Positions 25,417 to 35,335 of a DNA stretch of 36,350 nt are shown here, piece by piece. The notes beneath the pieces were generated by a model. That model did not search any database. It was not told where the DNA came from and was given only the letters and a program-made list of their open reading frames with translations. The DNA lies in UHGV virus genome UHGV-0207457; one strand, 5' to 3'. The first letter of the stretch is position 1; each line of letters starts with the position of its first letter. The position numbers and the translations under genes were made by a program. Source of the DNA: a virus.

Positions 25417-25836
25417 ATGCTAAAAACTAGGCTTATCACCGATTACATCAATTCTTTAATAGGTCAGGAGTTCGTTCAGGGTGAGAATGATTGCAATCTC
25501 ATTGCATGTAAGATCATCGATATTCTCGCTGGTACTGACCTATATAATTCTCTTTATAAAAAATATTCAACTAAAGAAGAAGGCTTGAAAATCTGCAAAG
25601 AATTAAGCGGGTATTCAAACATCCTTCAACCAATTAAGAAACATTTCAAATTAGTCACTGATGATTTACAGGACGGCGACTTACTGGTCACAGCCCACAA
25701 ATTAGGAAACCGTAATTATTATTCCGTAGTTCCTCATTATTCCGGTTATGGCCTCGTTGAAGAAGATGGTATCTGGATGACCATTCCTGTTTCAGACATT
25801 GACTATGAACAAGTTTATAGATTCGGGGGTGAATAA
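25417..25836 (+). CDS. Tail assembly protein gpK-like with NlpC/P60-type Cys/His motif (139 aa)
   Basis: ATG at 25417 after GGAGG; GENDCNLIACKI (Cys) and VVPHYSGYG (His) resemble the NlpC/P60 catalytic pair; stop overlaps the J start (TAATG). Confidence 0.6.
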   Translation: MLKTRLITDYINSLIGQEFVQGENDCNLIACKIIDILAGTDLYNSLYKKYSTKEEGLKICKELSGYSNILQPIKKHFKLVTDDLQDGDLLVTAHKLGNRNYYSVVPHYSGYGLVEEDGIWMTIPVSDIDYEQVYRFGGE

Positions 25837-28800
25837 TGGGATTTGAAATATTAGTAGGCGCGGTTATTGCTGGTGCGTCTGCTGGGATGGCTGCTGCTGC
25901 AACATTTTCTGTTATGACCGCAGTCGCTATCGGTATGGCTGCTGGTGCAATGACCTTGATCGCTTCCACTGTAGGCGCACCAAAAACACCGAAAGTACAA
26001 AGCCCAGATAATGCGGTGACACTAGGAACATCAAACGATCCGAAGACAGTATTACCCGTTCTTTTCGGTACTACCCGCACGGGTGCAATCTGCGTTTACA
26101 AGGCAATTTCTAAGCAAGAAAACAATAAGTTAGTGCAAATCTTCGCTATTGCCGAGGGTGAAATCGACCATTACAAAGCACTGTTTATCGATAACAAAAA
26201 TGTTCTTGTTGGTAAGAACATGACGATCCGTGATGGTGTACTGGACAAAGGCAACATTAAAGAAGAATACCGGAAAGTTTTAGAGGTTGAGTTCCGCACT
26301 GGTAAGAATCCTAACACCGCTTTGTCACTGGCAAAACGTCACTTAGGGTCAGACTGGAACGACAACTACAAAGGCAATGGTATTGCGACCATGTGTATTG
26401 TGTTACGTCGTGATGACAAATCTTTGGCTGCTGGTGTTGATATTCTTCAGCCAAATAGCCAGGTAGCAGTAGACGTTTGCGGCCTTAAAATCCGTAACCT
26501 TGAAACCAATGCTATTGAGGCTAGCACTAACGGCGTGGATCAGATTTTCCACTACCTAACAAATGAAAAATATGGCTTATCCGTACCAATTGAAAACATT
26601 AACGTTGATTCATTCCTGAAAGTACGTAAACAAGTACGCCAGATGGATCTACATTCAAACGGTGCATGTGATCCGAACGCCAGCTTTAAAGAGAACTTGA
26701 CTAATCTTATGCAGACTTTCGGCGGGGTGATGTTCGAATCCTTTGGAAGAATTACCCTGAAACTGGATGCTCCTGATATTGTTAAGCATACCTTCAATGA
26801 AGACAATATCATGATGGGTAAGGTATCACTGAAAACAGGTGGCACTAACGGTTATTTCAATACCATTAACGCGATGTATCAAGAACCATCAATCGACTAT
26901 TCAGAGCAAATGCTACGTTATCCGGCTGATGCTGAAAACGATGCTACTATTCGTCAAGATGGTCGAATTATCGCTAAAGATATTGAATATCGTTTTGTTA
27001 AGTCTAAAGCCCAGATTGATAAACTTGCGAGTATTGAACGAAATAAATCTCGTATCACTCAGGTTATCAGCTTTATGACTACTGACGCATTCACTGCCGA
27101 AGTTTGGGACGTTATCAGCGTAACCTATGATGAATTGAAGCTGAATAATTCCTTATGGCGTATTACTGCAATTGATCGCTCGATTGATTCTGGTATTGCT
27201 GGGATGATGACTATCACCGCCACAGAATATAATTCTCAGGTTTATACTGACCTGAACTATGCGGCAACTCCAGACAATAGACCAAGTGGTTTACCGGATT
27301 CAATGACAGTACAGAAGCCTACTAATTTCAGAATTAAGGCAACTGGTGAAACCATCTATGGCAAAAACGTTACTTTGACATGGGATGCACCGGAAGATTT
27401 TAACCGCTACGGCTTCCAGATTGATTACCGTGTAAGCGGATCACCTAACTGGATTAAGCTCGGTCAGACTTCACAGCAAATTTTCAGTGTCAATGCACTG
27501 GCTAAAGATCGTTCCTACGATTACCGAGTTTGTGCTTTCGGTATCATCGCTCGATCCGATTGGGTAGAACTGGTTAACCAGAATCCGACTGTTACCTATG
27601 AATTGCCGACTCCGGTTATTCGAATCAAAAATCAGGGTAGCACGCCTGGTACTTTCGAAGGTAATGATCTGATTATCGAATGGGAAAACCAGCAACAATT
27701 AGATGTGATGATCAACGGTGAAACTAACAAGTTTAGTGACCTGTTTGAAGCATACATTATCAAGGTTACTAACAAGGCTGGTAAGTCTATTCAGTACCGT
27801 ACCCGCGATCCTGAATCATGGACTTATACGCTTGATATGAACCAGTTTAACGGCCTTTCGCGTCAACTTACGGTAGAAGTATCAGCTAAGGGCTATAACA
27901 ACTCAGAGAGCGCCCCAGCGCGTTTAGTGGCTATCAACCCACAACATAAGCCAATGAAAGGTTTTAGTGCGCGTGGTGGCTTTAATACTGCGTTTGTTAG
28001 CTGGGCGGATGACGTAGAACATGACTATGCAGGGTCAATCATCCAGTATGCAACCGACAACACTTTCTCAGATGCAAGGGCAGTAAGCACGAATAGTGTT
28101 AGCCATACTTCCTTTGATATTGCTGACGGTGATTATTATATCCGTGGTGCTCACTACGATATTTTCGGTATGGATGATGCTGTTTGGTCTGAACCGTATT
28201 TCATGCAAATGAAGTCTACGATTAGTTGGGACGATCAGGACAAAGAAGCACTGGAAGACCTGATCGGTTTACAAGATCGCTTAGATGAAACTATCGCGGA
28301 TGCTATTAAGCAAGCTGGCGCTAATGCCGATGCTAAAATTGATGCAATGCATAAGCAAATCACTACCGAGACGGGTAAAACTGTTCAAGCCTCAGCCGAT
28401 ACCTTAAAGAGTCTGATTGCTTCTGGTGATAAGGCAAGTTCAACTAAGATTGATCAGGTTAAAGCTGAACTGAAAGGCGATATCACCAAAGAAGTTAGCG
28501 CCTCCGCTACAACCCTGAAACAAGCAATTGCAACCAGTGAGGCAGCAAGCGCAAGTAAGATTGATCAAGTTCGGGTAGAAATGGATGGCAAGATTGCTGG
28601 TGTGAATCAGGAAGCGGACGTTAAGATCGATGCTTTGAAAGGAACCATTAACAGCAAATACAATCTAGCGGTTAATGCAGATGGTCGCGTGGCTGGTATT
28701 CACATGAGCGCAACTAACGATCCGGCACAACCGACTAAAATCATCTTTACGGCTGATAAAATTGCTGTAGCTCCGCAGAACGGGACCGATGTTTGCCCGT

Positions 28801-29612
28801 TTGGTATCGAAGGTAACAAGGTTTATCTCGATAATGCGATGATTCGTAATGCTGCAATTGGCACAGCCCAGATTAATGATGCGGCAATTACTACCGCTAA
28901 GATCGGCAATGCTGCAATTAACAGCGCGAAGATTCAGGACGGGGCGATCACCAATGCGAAGATCGTAAACGGTGCTATTGATAACGCCAAAATTGGTAAC
29001 TATATCCAGTCTTCCAACTGGAACGGATCAACCGGATGGCATATCAACAAGAACGGGTCCGCTACGTTCATGAACGCTACCGTTAAAGGTAATATCACGG
29101 CTGATTCTGGTACTCTGAACAACGTCACGATTAACTCTAGCTGTGTTATTAAGGGTATGCTTGAAGCTACTCAGGTTAAGGGTGATTTCGTTAAGGTGAT
29201 TGGTCGTAAGTTCCCACACCGTGATGTTAACGTTGATAATGGTTATGGCGGCTATCCGCAAGGTACAGTAACCGTTCGCGTTGAAGATGATCACAAGTTC
29301 GATCGTCAAATCGTTATTCCGGCGATTAGTTTTGGTGGATTGCGAGCGCGTGAAGGATCGAACAATAATACCTATTACGACACCTGTCGCCTGATTGTTC
29401 GTAAGAATGGGTCAGAGTTGTATAATAGGGCGTATGGCGGTAATACTGGTCTTTACTCAGGTGTTATTGATATGCCAGCGGGTAAGGGTGCTGTAACATT
29501 GACCTTTGAAGTACACTCAAGCGCAATCAACAACTGGACGCCTAGCACATGGATCAGTGATTTAACTGTAATGGTAACTAAAAAAGCCACTACGGGTATT
29601 ACTGTTTCTTAA
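25836..29612 (+). CDS. Tail tip host-specificity protein, lambda gpJ-like, with gpI-like hydrophobic N-terminus (1258 aa)
   Basis: C-terminal ~150 aa align closely with lambda J (DDHKFDRQIVIPAISFGG vs DDHPFDRQIVVLPLTFRG; VIDMPAGKGAVTLTFEV vs IVDMPAGRGNVILTFTL; DLTVMVTKK vs DVQVMVIKK); N-terminal MGFEILVGAVIAGASAGMAAAATF. Confidence 0.85.
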   Translation: MGFEILVGAVIAGASAGMAAAATFSVMTAVAIGMAAGAMTLIASTVGAPKTPKVQSPDNAVTLGTSNDPKTVLPVLFGTTRTGAICVYKAISKQENNKLVQIFAIAEGEIDHYKALFIDNKNVLVGKNMTIRDGVLDKGNIKEEYRKVLEVEFRTGKNPNTALSLAKRHLGSDWNDNYKGNGIATMCIVLRRDDKSLAAGVDILQPNSQVAVDVCGLKIRNLETNAIEASTNGVDQIFHYLTNEKYGLSVPIENINVDSFLKVRKQVRQMDLHSNGACDPNASFKENLTNLMQTFGGVMFESFGRITLKLDAPDIVKHTFNEDNIMMGKVSLKTGGTNGYFNTINAMYQEPSIDYSEQMLRYPADAENDATIRQDGRIIAKDIEYRFVKSKAQIDKLASIERNKSRITQVISFMTTDAFTAEVWDVISVTYDELKLNNSLWRITAIDRSIDSGIAGMMTITATEYNSQVYTDLNYAATPDNRPSGLPDSMTVQKPTNFRIKATGETIYGKNVTLTWDAPEDFNRYGFQIDYRVSGSPNWIKLGQTSQQIFSVNALAKDRSYDYRVCAFGIIARSDWVELVNQNPTVTYELPTPVIRIKNQGSTPGTFEGNDLIIEWENQQQLDVMINGETNKFSDLFEAYIIKVTNKAGKSIQYRTRDPESWTYTLDMNQFNGLSRQLTVEVSAKGYNNSESAPARLVAINPQHKPMKGFSARGGFNTAFVSWADDVEHDYAGSIIQYATDNTFSDARAVSTNSVSHTSFDIADGDYYIRGAHYDIFGMDDAVWSEPYFMQMKSTISWDDQDKEALEDLIGLQDRLDETIADAIKQAGANADAKIDAMHKQITTETGKTVQASADTLKSLIASGDKASSTKIDQVKAELKGDITKEVSASATTLKQAIATSEAASASKIDQVRVEMDGKIAGVNQEADVKIDALKGTINSKYNLAVNADGRVAGIHMSATNDPAQPTKIIFTADKIAVAPQNGTDVCPFGIEGNKVYLDNAMIRNAAIGTAQINDAAITTAKIGNAAINSAKIQDGAITNAKIVNGAIDNAKIGNYIQSSNWNGSTGWHINKNGSATFMNATVKGNITADSGTLNNVTINSSCVIKGMLEATQVKGDFVKVIGRKFPHRDVNVDNGYGGYPQGTVTVRVEDDHKFDRQIVIPAISFGGLRAREGSNNNTYYDTCRLIVRKNGSELYNRAYGGNTGLYSGVIDMPAGKGAVTLTFEVHSSAINNWTPSTWISDLTVMVTKKATTGITVS

Positions 29613-29631
29613 AAATTTAATTCTAATAATT

Positions 29632-29672
29632 AATCCCGCTTAATTCTTTTGAGTTAGGCGGGATTATTTTTA
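29632..29672 (+). terminator. Intrinsic terminator after J
   Basis: AATCCCGCT ... AGGCGGGATT followed by ATTTTTAT. Confidence 0.6.
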
Positions 29673-29718
29673 TCTAAATAATTTTGCCATTAAACTATAT
29701 AAAAATATCGGGGGCGTA

Positions 29719-29997
29719 ATGACTGAAATTATATATGGCGGTATCGGTGTTATCGCCTTAATTTGCGGTGGTCTTTGGAGACTTCACCGAAATCAATTAG
29801 CAACTGAAAATAGGTTATCTAAATTGGAATCCAGCGACGCATTGTTAAACCAGAAGTTTGAGACGATGCAGAATAACCATACTCAGATTGCTGAACGTGT
29901 TTACCAAATGGAACAAACACTACACGGTATAGAGAAGAAAGTGGTTGCGATGGACGCCAAATTTGACCAAGTTCTCGACATACTCAAACAAAAATAA
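29719..29997 (+). CDS. Membrane-anchored coiled-coil protein (92 aa); lysis-associated candidate (holin/antiholin or spanin-like)
   Basis: RBS GGGGG; N-terminal TM helix IIYGGIGVIALICGGLW followed by a predicted coiled coil. Confidence 0.5.
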   Translation: MTEIIYGGIGVIALICGGLWRLHRNQLATENRLSKLESSDALLNQKFETMQNNHTQIAERVYQMEQTLHGIEKKVVAMDAKFDQVLDILKQK

Positions 29998-30015
29998 TAA
30001 TAAAGGGGTGAATAT

Positions 30016-30186
30016 ATGAAGAATAAACTTAAGAAATATTTTGGTTATCTCTTGATTGTCGCCCTCACTTATAACGTAGCTATTAGACCTCTGCTAACGT
30101 CCTTTGGGCTTGAACTCCCGGCTATGACCGTGGATGAACAATTGCTAAGGACACTGGCGGGGGTCTTTTCGTTATTAGGGGGCTAA
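30016..30186 (+). CDS. Small membrane protein (56 aa); holin-like candidate
   Basis: RBS AAAGGGGTG; hydrophobic segments YFGYLLIVALTYNVAI and LAGVFSLLGG; stop abuts the next start. Confidence 0.4.
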   Translation: MKNKLKKYFGYLLIVALTYNVAIRPLLTSFGLELPAMTVDEQLLRTLAGVFSLLGG

Positions 30187-30187
30187 C

Positions 30188-30871
30188 ATGGCAACCAGTA
30201 CCAATAAACGAAACGCTCTAAGGACTAAGAAAGCGTTGCGGCAATGGTCTGAAAAGGCAACTGATACATTCGAAAGGGCGATAGGGGAAGGGGCGATCTT
30301 TGCTTCCAGAGCACTCCAGAAGAAGATCAACAAGAATGTTGATAGACCTACTCGCTGGACTCAGCAAGCTGTAGGTAATACCAACTACAAGAACCGATCA
30401 GGGACCAGACACCAAATCTTCATCAAGGGCGCAAGGGATAAGGACAAGAAGATCGGCAGTCAGGATGACTATCTGAAACACTATTTCGATGGTGGCAAAA
30501 TCAATAAGCTAGTGCCAATCGCCAACGGCAAGGTCTTAGACTCCCACGGGAACATTAAGGCCATTAAAGGCGGTAAGATGATGCGTAACATCGAAAACGG
30601 CAACTTCATCAAGGTAGAGAACAAGGAAGGGACTTTTATCATGAAGAAGTACAAGCCTAAGAAATCCCGAACCAAACGCGCTAGGAATGGATCTGCGGTG
30701 GCAAAACGTCGCTTAGAGAAACGCATACAGAAACAGAGTAAGCGAATTGTTGCCGTTAAGTCGGATAAAATTTCTACTCGTTATTCGACGCTAGGATCGT
30801 GGGAAAGCAACGAAGCAATGATGCTTGAAAACATCAATAAGCACATTAAATCGCGCATGAAATACGTTTAA
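30188..30871 (+). CDS. Highly basic hypothetical protein (227 aa)
   Basis: K/R-rich throughout (KKYKPKKSRTKRARNGSAVAKRRLEKRIQKQSKR); function not recognised. Confidence 0.6.
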   Translation: MATSTNKRNALRTKKALRQWSEKATDTFERAIGEGAIFASRALQKKINKNVDRPTRWTQQAVGNTNYKNRSGTRHQIFIKGARDKDKKIGSQDDYLKHYFDGGKINKLVPIANGKVLDSHGNIKAIKGGKMMRNIENGNFIKVENKEGTFIMKKYKPKKSRTKRARNGSAVAKRRLEKRIQKQSKRIVAVKSDKISTRYSTLGSWESNEAMMLENINKHIKSRMKYV

Positions 30872-30909
30872 TCAATAAATACCCTCATAGAATCTTATGG
30901 GGGTATAAC

Positions 30910-31257
30910 ATGGCTAAAAATATTTTCACTGAATTTCCTACTTATCCGGTTGATCAGCTTTCCGGTATTTTTATTAATGGCATTAGCCCAGAATCAATGA
31001 CCTATGATTTTGAGGCGAAGAGAGTTAAACATAAACAATATAAAGAATGTATCCGTGACCATGAAAAGGGGACCGTGTTTTGTGTCGCTACATTGGCTAA
31101 ACGTCCTAAGTATCGTTTTCGTGTCGGGCAAGAAGTCGATGTAGTTAATCCTTATAGCTTTAATTGTCTGGGCGATGCACGCGCGGTGTGTGTAGGTACT
31201 GCTCCTTATTATATCAAGGGTATGCGCTTTATTGGTTATATCTTCGAAATGATCTAA
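30910..31257 (+). CDS. Hypothetical protein (115 aa)
   Basis: ATG at 30910; no TM segment; directly upstream of the endolysin. Confidence 0.55.
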   Translation: MAKNIFTEFPTYPVDQLSGIFINGISPESMTYDFEAKRVKHKQYKECIRDHEKGTVFCVATLAKRPKYRFRVGQEVDVVNPYSFNCLGDARAVCVGTAPYYIKGMRFIGYIFEMI

Positions 31258-31266
31258 GGGGGTAAT

Positions 31267-31620
31267 ATGTTAAGCAAACATTTTTCTCGCAAGGAATTTA
31301 AATGTAAATGCGGAAAATGTGATTATGATACAATCGACGCTGAATTACTGGTAATTCTTGAGGATGTACGAGAGCACTTCGGTAAACCAGTGATTATTAA
31401 CAGTGGCAACCGTTGCCCGACTCATAACAAGAATGTAGGCGGGGCAGCCAATAGCTATCACGTTCGAGGCCGTGCGGCTGACATTGTTATCAAGGGTGTC
31501 TCACCTGATATTGTTCATGCTTATCTTGATGGGAAATATCCTACTCAATACGGCTTGGGAAAATATAAAACATTTACGCATATCGATTCCAGATCAAAAA
31601 AATCACGGTGGAATGGATAA
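31267..31620 (+). CDS. Endolysin, zinc metallopeptidase M15 family (117 aa)
   Basis: RBS GGGGG; SGNRCPTHNKNVGGAANSYHVRGRAADI matches the M15 motif (SGYR..HN..VGG..S.H..G.A.D); followed by a terminator. Confidence 0.8.
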   Translation: MLSKHFSRKEFKCKCGKCDYDTIDAELLVILEDVREHFGKPVIINSGNRCPTHNKNVGGAANSYHVRGRAADIVIKGVSPDIVHAYLDGKYPTQYGLGKYKTFTHIDSRSKKSRWNG

Positions 31621-31626
31621 AACAAA

Positions 31627-31651
31627 AGCGCCTCTGGTGGGCGCTTTTTTG
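31627..31651 (+). terminator. Intrinsic terminator after the endolysin
   Basis: AGCGCC-TCTGGTG-GGCGCT followed by TTTTTT. Confidence 0.65.
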
Positions 31652-31831
31652 TTAGAATATGCTGGCGACGTTAGCTATATTTCTGACCATTTTTTCATTA
31701 TAGACAAATATACCGCAGACGATAAAGTCGTTTTTGACGAAGTAGATCCGTCTCTGGTTGAAGTAATGAAAGAACCGGAAGACCTAGAGCTTGATTTAAG
31801 CCAATTATAGACTCTCTAACGCAATTAAATT

Positions 31832-31860
31832 AAAAAGGGGTACAGATGTACCCCTTAAAG
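31832..31860. terminator. Bidirectional hairpin between convergent late and integrase-side transcripts
   Basis: Perfect palindrome GGGGTACA-GA-TGTACCCC flanked by A-run and T-containing tract. Confidence 0.5.
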
Positions 31861-31892
31861 CGTTTGGTTCGTTATACGGCGATTTAGGCCGC

Positions 31893-32150
31893 CTATGATT
31901 TATTTTCTTGTTCTATGAAAATCTTTCTCACCTCATCAGAATAAATGTCTAGTGATTCCTCATAACATTTTCTGTATTCATCGTAAGTACTGGTGGTCTT
32001 TTGACATAGCAATTTCAATGTCTTATGTGCTCCATCAATGAAAGCATCTTCTCTATAGGTTAGCGGTCTACGCATTTCTTGGTCTACGGTTGCCAATGCC
32101 AAGCAAGAATTCATAGATAAAATTAAACCTAAAATCTTAATCATCTTCAT
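31893..32150 (-). CDS. Small exported protein, possible lipoprotein (85 aa); lysogenic-conversion or superinfection-exclusion candidate
   Basis: ATG at 32150 directly after the integrase stop; signal peptide MKMIKILGLILSMNSCLALA with Cys near the cleavage region; four further Cys. Confidence 0.45.
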   Translation of the reverse strand: MKMIKILGLILSMNSCLALATVDQEMRRPLTYREDAFIDGAHKTLKLLCQKTTSTYDEYRKCYEESLDIYSDEVRKIFIEQENKS

Positions 32151-32154
32151 TAGC

Positions 32155-33834
32155 TTAAATTCCAAATTCTTGTAATGGACCTGGTATTTCTTCTTCTGGT
32201 TTCCAGTTCTTATCTGTCAGCATGTCTAAACATGGATGCAGAACAAGCCCGTTACTCTCCAGAATCTGCCTATCATTGATAGTCTTCAAATCAACGAAGA
32301 TCCGGCCTTTCCTCGGTCCTCTTGAATTTTCTATTACAACTCTCTGGGTCTTGCCATCGATGTATTCCAGTACAAACAAGTTTTTGTACTTGTCAATCCT
32401 GCTGCACCCGATCCGTTTTAGAGCTTGCTTAATCTTAAACCGGACCTTAATGCGATCCTCGTTGTAAACATCTTCTAAATCAAATTCTGCGAGCTTCTCC
32501 CAGCCTTGAGAGTCAACAGAATACATTTCCTCTTCTGCCATCTTAAGTTGATTGTAGAGTGTTTCACGCTCGCTATTGAGGGTAGTAATCTGATCGGCTA
32601 GCTCCTTCGTTGCTCCTGTCATAGCAGAAAGGGTAATCAGGTTATCAATCTTGCGTGATATTTCATCAATCTGTACTTTCAAAGCCGGAACCGGATTAGC
32701 CTTATCTTCAGCAATCCAGATTTTATCAGCCAGCAATTGCAATACAGCTTTCTCTAATTGGTCGCCGCGAAAACTCCAGTTTGTATGCACACATTCAATA
32801 CGACTAGAGCGCATTGCATCGCATGAATAACGATATTGGTTAGGCCGTCTGTTTGTTCCTTTCACCTTAACCATAGCGGAACCGCAATGTTCACATTTCA
32901 ATAGACCAACACCACTAAGCAAGGGAATAGGTTTAACTTCTTCTTTGTCTCCAAAGTTACATGCTCTAACACCAATGCTTTTCTTAAGGTGATAAAACTC
33001 AGCGTCATCTAGCACACGAGGATAATAATCCTTTAACTCATACTTAACGCCATCTACAGAGATTTCCTTGATACCAATCAAAGCGCGGGTATGGAACAAC
33101 CTTTCAATCATTGCCCGTGACCAGTTTGAATGCCTCTTGTGACTTGCGGCTGGTGGTGGTGTGTATGTCGCGTTAAGGTGATCCAGTATCTCGGCGGTTG
33201 ACCGTCCATTCCTGCGTAATTCCACAACTTCCTGAACAATAGGGAAGAAGACCGGATGAGGAAGCACATAACCAGATGTGGTATCAGTCCACCACATATT
33301 CTTTCCAATTTCCTCGATTGCAACAGCCGGATTTTGTGGATTTTCTTGATGAGCTTTAATCTTAATCAGTGCGCTTGAGTTAGTACGATTGCGCTTAGTC
33401 TGGCTTTCCTCATTACCACGGATGAATAAAAGGATGGAGAACATCAGGTCCATCGGGTTAGCGGTAACAGTATCAAGCGAGTAGATCTTGTTATCCATGC
33501 CAGTAACAATGGTTATCCCCCTACGGATGATTGAAAGGAATAACTCCTGCGCACTGACAATATCGGCACGGGATAAACGGTCCAAGTTTTCGATGAATAG
33601 CCAGCTACCAACAGGAACGGATCTACCTATTGCATCAAGGAAACGAGATAGCGCCCCTGTTTTGGAGTTAGCACCCTTAAACGCAGATACACCCAGATCC
33701 TGATAATCATTTACCAGTTCAAGGTCATACTTTACCGCAATCTCTCTAGCCATCCTGATTTGTCGTTCATAACTCGAACCATCATTCTGACGCATAGACG
33801 AGAAGCGAATATACGAATACAGTTTAGTTTTCAT
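32155..33834 (-). CDS. Large serine recombinase (integrase), 559 aa
   Basis: N-terminal resolvase catalytic domain (YSYIRFSSMRQ ... SYERQ ... ENLDRLSR), central recombinase domain, zinc-ribbon-like CEHCGS...YRYSC, C-terminal coiled coil; ATG at 33834 (track start 33849 is TTG). Confidence 0.85.
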   Translation of the reverse strand: MKTKLYSYIRFSSMRQNDGSSYERQIRMAREIAVKYDLELVNDYQDLGVSAFKGANSKTGALSRFLDAIGRSVPVGSWLFIENLDRLSRADIVSAQELFLSIIRRGITIVTGMDNKIYSLDTVTANPMDLMFSILLFIRGNEESQTKRNRTNSSALIKIKAHQENPQNPAVAIEEIGKNMWWTDTTSGYVLPHPVFFPIVQEVVELRRNGRSTAEILDHLNATYTPPPAASHKRHSNWSRAMIERLFHTRALIGIKEISVDGVKYELKDYYPRVLDDAEFYHLKKSIGVRACNFGDKEEVKPIPLLSGVGLLKCEHCGSAMVKVKGTNRRPNQYRYSCDAMRSSRIECVHTNWSFRGDQLEKAVLQLLADKIWIAEDKANPVPALKVQIDEISRKIDNLITLSAMTGATKELADQITTLNSERETLYNQLKMAEEEMYSVDSQGWEKLAEFDLEDVYNEDRIKVRFKIKQALKRIGCSRIDKYKNLFVLEYIDGKTQRVVIENSRGPRKGRIFVDLKTINDRQILESNGLVLHPCLDMLTDKNWKPEEEIPGPLQEFGI

Positions 33835-33897
33835 ACCATTTCCAAACAAAAACGCCCCTACCGCGTATTATAACGATAGGGGCTAGGTGATTAAAGA

Positions 33898-34317
33898 TTA
33901 AAGAATTTCACGGCAGCTAATCAGGGAATAAGACGTATCACCTTTTTTAACATCAAATATAGGCGCGCCATCTACAGAATGCAGATATTTGATGTAAGAC
34001 TTACCATCTTCGGAACCATAATATTCTTCTTTCTCGTTCTTATCTTCTTTCAGTTTCGGGCTTTTGATTGTTTTATCAAATACCGGATCGTTGAAAGCAA
34101 ATTGACTATTATCATCATTCACTCGAACCTTTACACCGATAAAACCACGGTATTTGCCAGACGGCGCATGATAATAACGGTCGCCATCACTCAGGTAGCG
34201 TGTATCATCTCCTTTATATTCGAAGTAGGAATTGCACACATAATAGGTATAGGTATTAGCATTCGCAGCACCAACCAAACCCAGAGCAAGAACAACACCA
34301 GCGATAATCTTTTTCAT
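33898..34317 (-). CDS. Secreted hypothetical protein (139 aa)
   Basis: RBS AGGAAA; signal peptide MKKIIAGVVLALGLVGAANA; two Cys; AT-rich cargo region. Confidence 0.6.
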   Translation of the reverse strand: MKKIIAGVVLALGLVGAANANTYTYYVCNSYFEYKGDDTRYLSDGDRYYHAPSGKYRGFIGVKVRVNDDNSQFAFNDPVFDKTIKSPKLKEDKNEKEEYYGSEDGKSYIKYLHSVDGAPIFDVKKGDTSYSLISCREIL

Positions 34318-34362
34318 AGTAGAATTTCCTCTTGTTGTTTGAATTACGATATATTTATATCA

Positions 34363-34485
34363 TTAAAAGTTAATGCTAATAATCAGACCAAACACAACCG
34401 CACCAATCAAATCAATCCAGTTAATACACAGCGAATATTCTTTCTTGAATGTCTTAGATGAAATGCCATCATGAAATTGTTTCAT
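34363..34485 (-). CDS. Small membrane peptide (40 aa, C-terminal TM helix)
   Basis: ATG at 34485 after GGGGTGAG; MKQFHDGISSKTFKKEYSLCINWIDLIGAVVFGLIISINF. Confidence 0.3.
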   Translation of the reverse strand: MKQFHDGISSKTFKKEYSLCINWIDLIGAVVFGLIISINF

Positions 34486-34488
34486 TGC

Positions 34489-34569
34489 TCACCCCATACT
34501 AACGACAATATAAGAAAGACTAATCATGGTTGTGAGACTACCTCCCACGAATGAGATAAAAGCTAACAT
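34489..34569 (-). CDS. Tiny hydrophobic peptide (26 aa)
   Basis: ATG at 34569 with GGAGA 8 nt upstream; MLAFISFVGGSLTTMISLSYIVVSMG. Confidence 0.3.
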   Translation of the reverse strand: MLAFISFVGGSLTTMISLSYIVVSMG

Positions 34570-34625
34570 GTTTGATTCTCCATTTAAAAAGCGGTGGGAA
34601 TTACACCCACCAAATTAGAAATTAA

Positions 34626-35063
34626 TTAAGCGCGAACGATGGTCAGAGTATCCAGCAAACCTTTTTCGTATAATTCGAAACACGTTTTATATTGCTCAAT
34701 CTTCCAACCGTAGCGGGTGATCTTATTCAGTAGAATAATCACGGTATTCTCATCTAGGTATTGTCCTTGCTTACCAATTACATATGACTCGCGGGATAGT
34801 CTCAGCTTACTGAAACCTTTAACACCTAATTCCTTAGCCACCGCTTTAACCTCGTTAATCTCACCTTCTGCGGCTACATATTCAGCGTCGATAATCTCAG
34901 TTGATGATCTCAGTGCTACCAGAACTAAGGCCATTGCTTCTTCTTCGGTACGAGCAACACCAGCTTTCTCGAAAGTCATCTCACCAAATTTACGAGTCAT
35001 AATATTGAACATTGTCTGTATTCCGTTTAAATCGGCGGGAATAGTACCCGCCAAATTAGACAT
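34626..35063 (-). CDS. Hypothetical protein (145 aa), second gene of a translationally coupled pair
   Basis: ATG at 35063 overlaps the upstream stop (TAATG); no recognised domain. Confidence 0.6.
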   Translation of the reverse strand: MSNLAGTIPADLNGIQTMFNIMTRKFGEMTFEKAGVARTEEEAMALVLVALRSSTEIIDAEYVAAEGEINEVKAVAKELGVKGFSKLRLSRESYVIGKQGQYLDENTVIILLNKITRYGWKIEQYKTCFELYEKGLLDTLTIVRA

Positions 35064-35335
35064 TACTTCTTGCTGATAAACTCTTTAGCGATAAAGTTGA
35101 TTACTTCTTTCAGCTTCTTGTCTGTATCGATGCACGCTGGTAATTCTTCTTTAATATCCTGCGGCAGATACACATTGCCTTTAAAGTGGAGGAAACCATC
35201 ATTACCAATCATGTAGGAGAACATCCATTCACAATCGTTATCCGCTTCCCAGAACGCCAAGGTCTCATCCCCAATCAAGGTAATGTCCATGTTGCGACGC
35301 GCTGCGTAGTTGATGATTGCTTTACCGATGTTCAT
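35063..35335 (-). CDS. Hypothetical protein (90 aa), first gene of the coupled pair at the prophage edge
   Basis: ATG at 35335 with GAGGGGG RBS lying inside a GTACCC/GGGTAC inverted repeat; no recognised domain. Confidence 0.6.
   Translation of the reverse strand: MNIGKAIINYAARRNMDITLIGDETLAFWEADNDCEWMFSYMIGNDGFLHFKGNVYLPQDIKEELPACIDTDKKLKEVINFIAKEFISKK

Noticed and set aside
31472-31810. 112-aa + strand ORF overlapping the 3' end of the endolysin gene and running across its terminator
   Set aside because: Out of frame with the endolysin, begins inside it and reads through the terminator hairpin. An internal ATG at 31614 would give a 65-aa acidic peptide with no TM or lipobox, so it is not a convincing spanin or holin.
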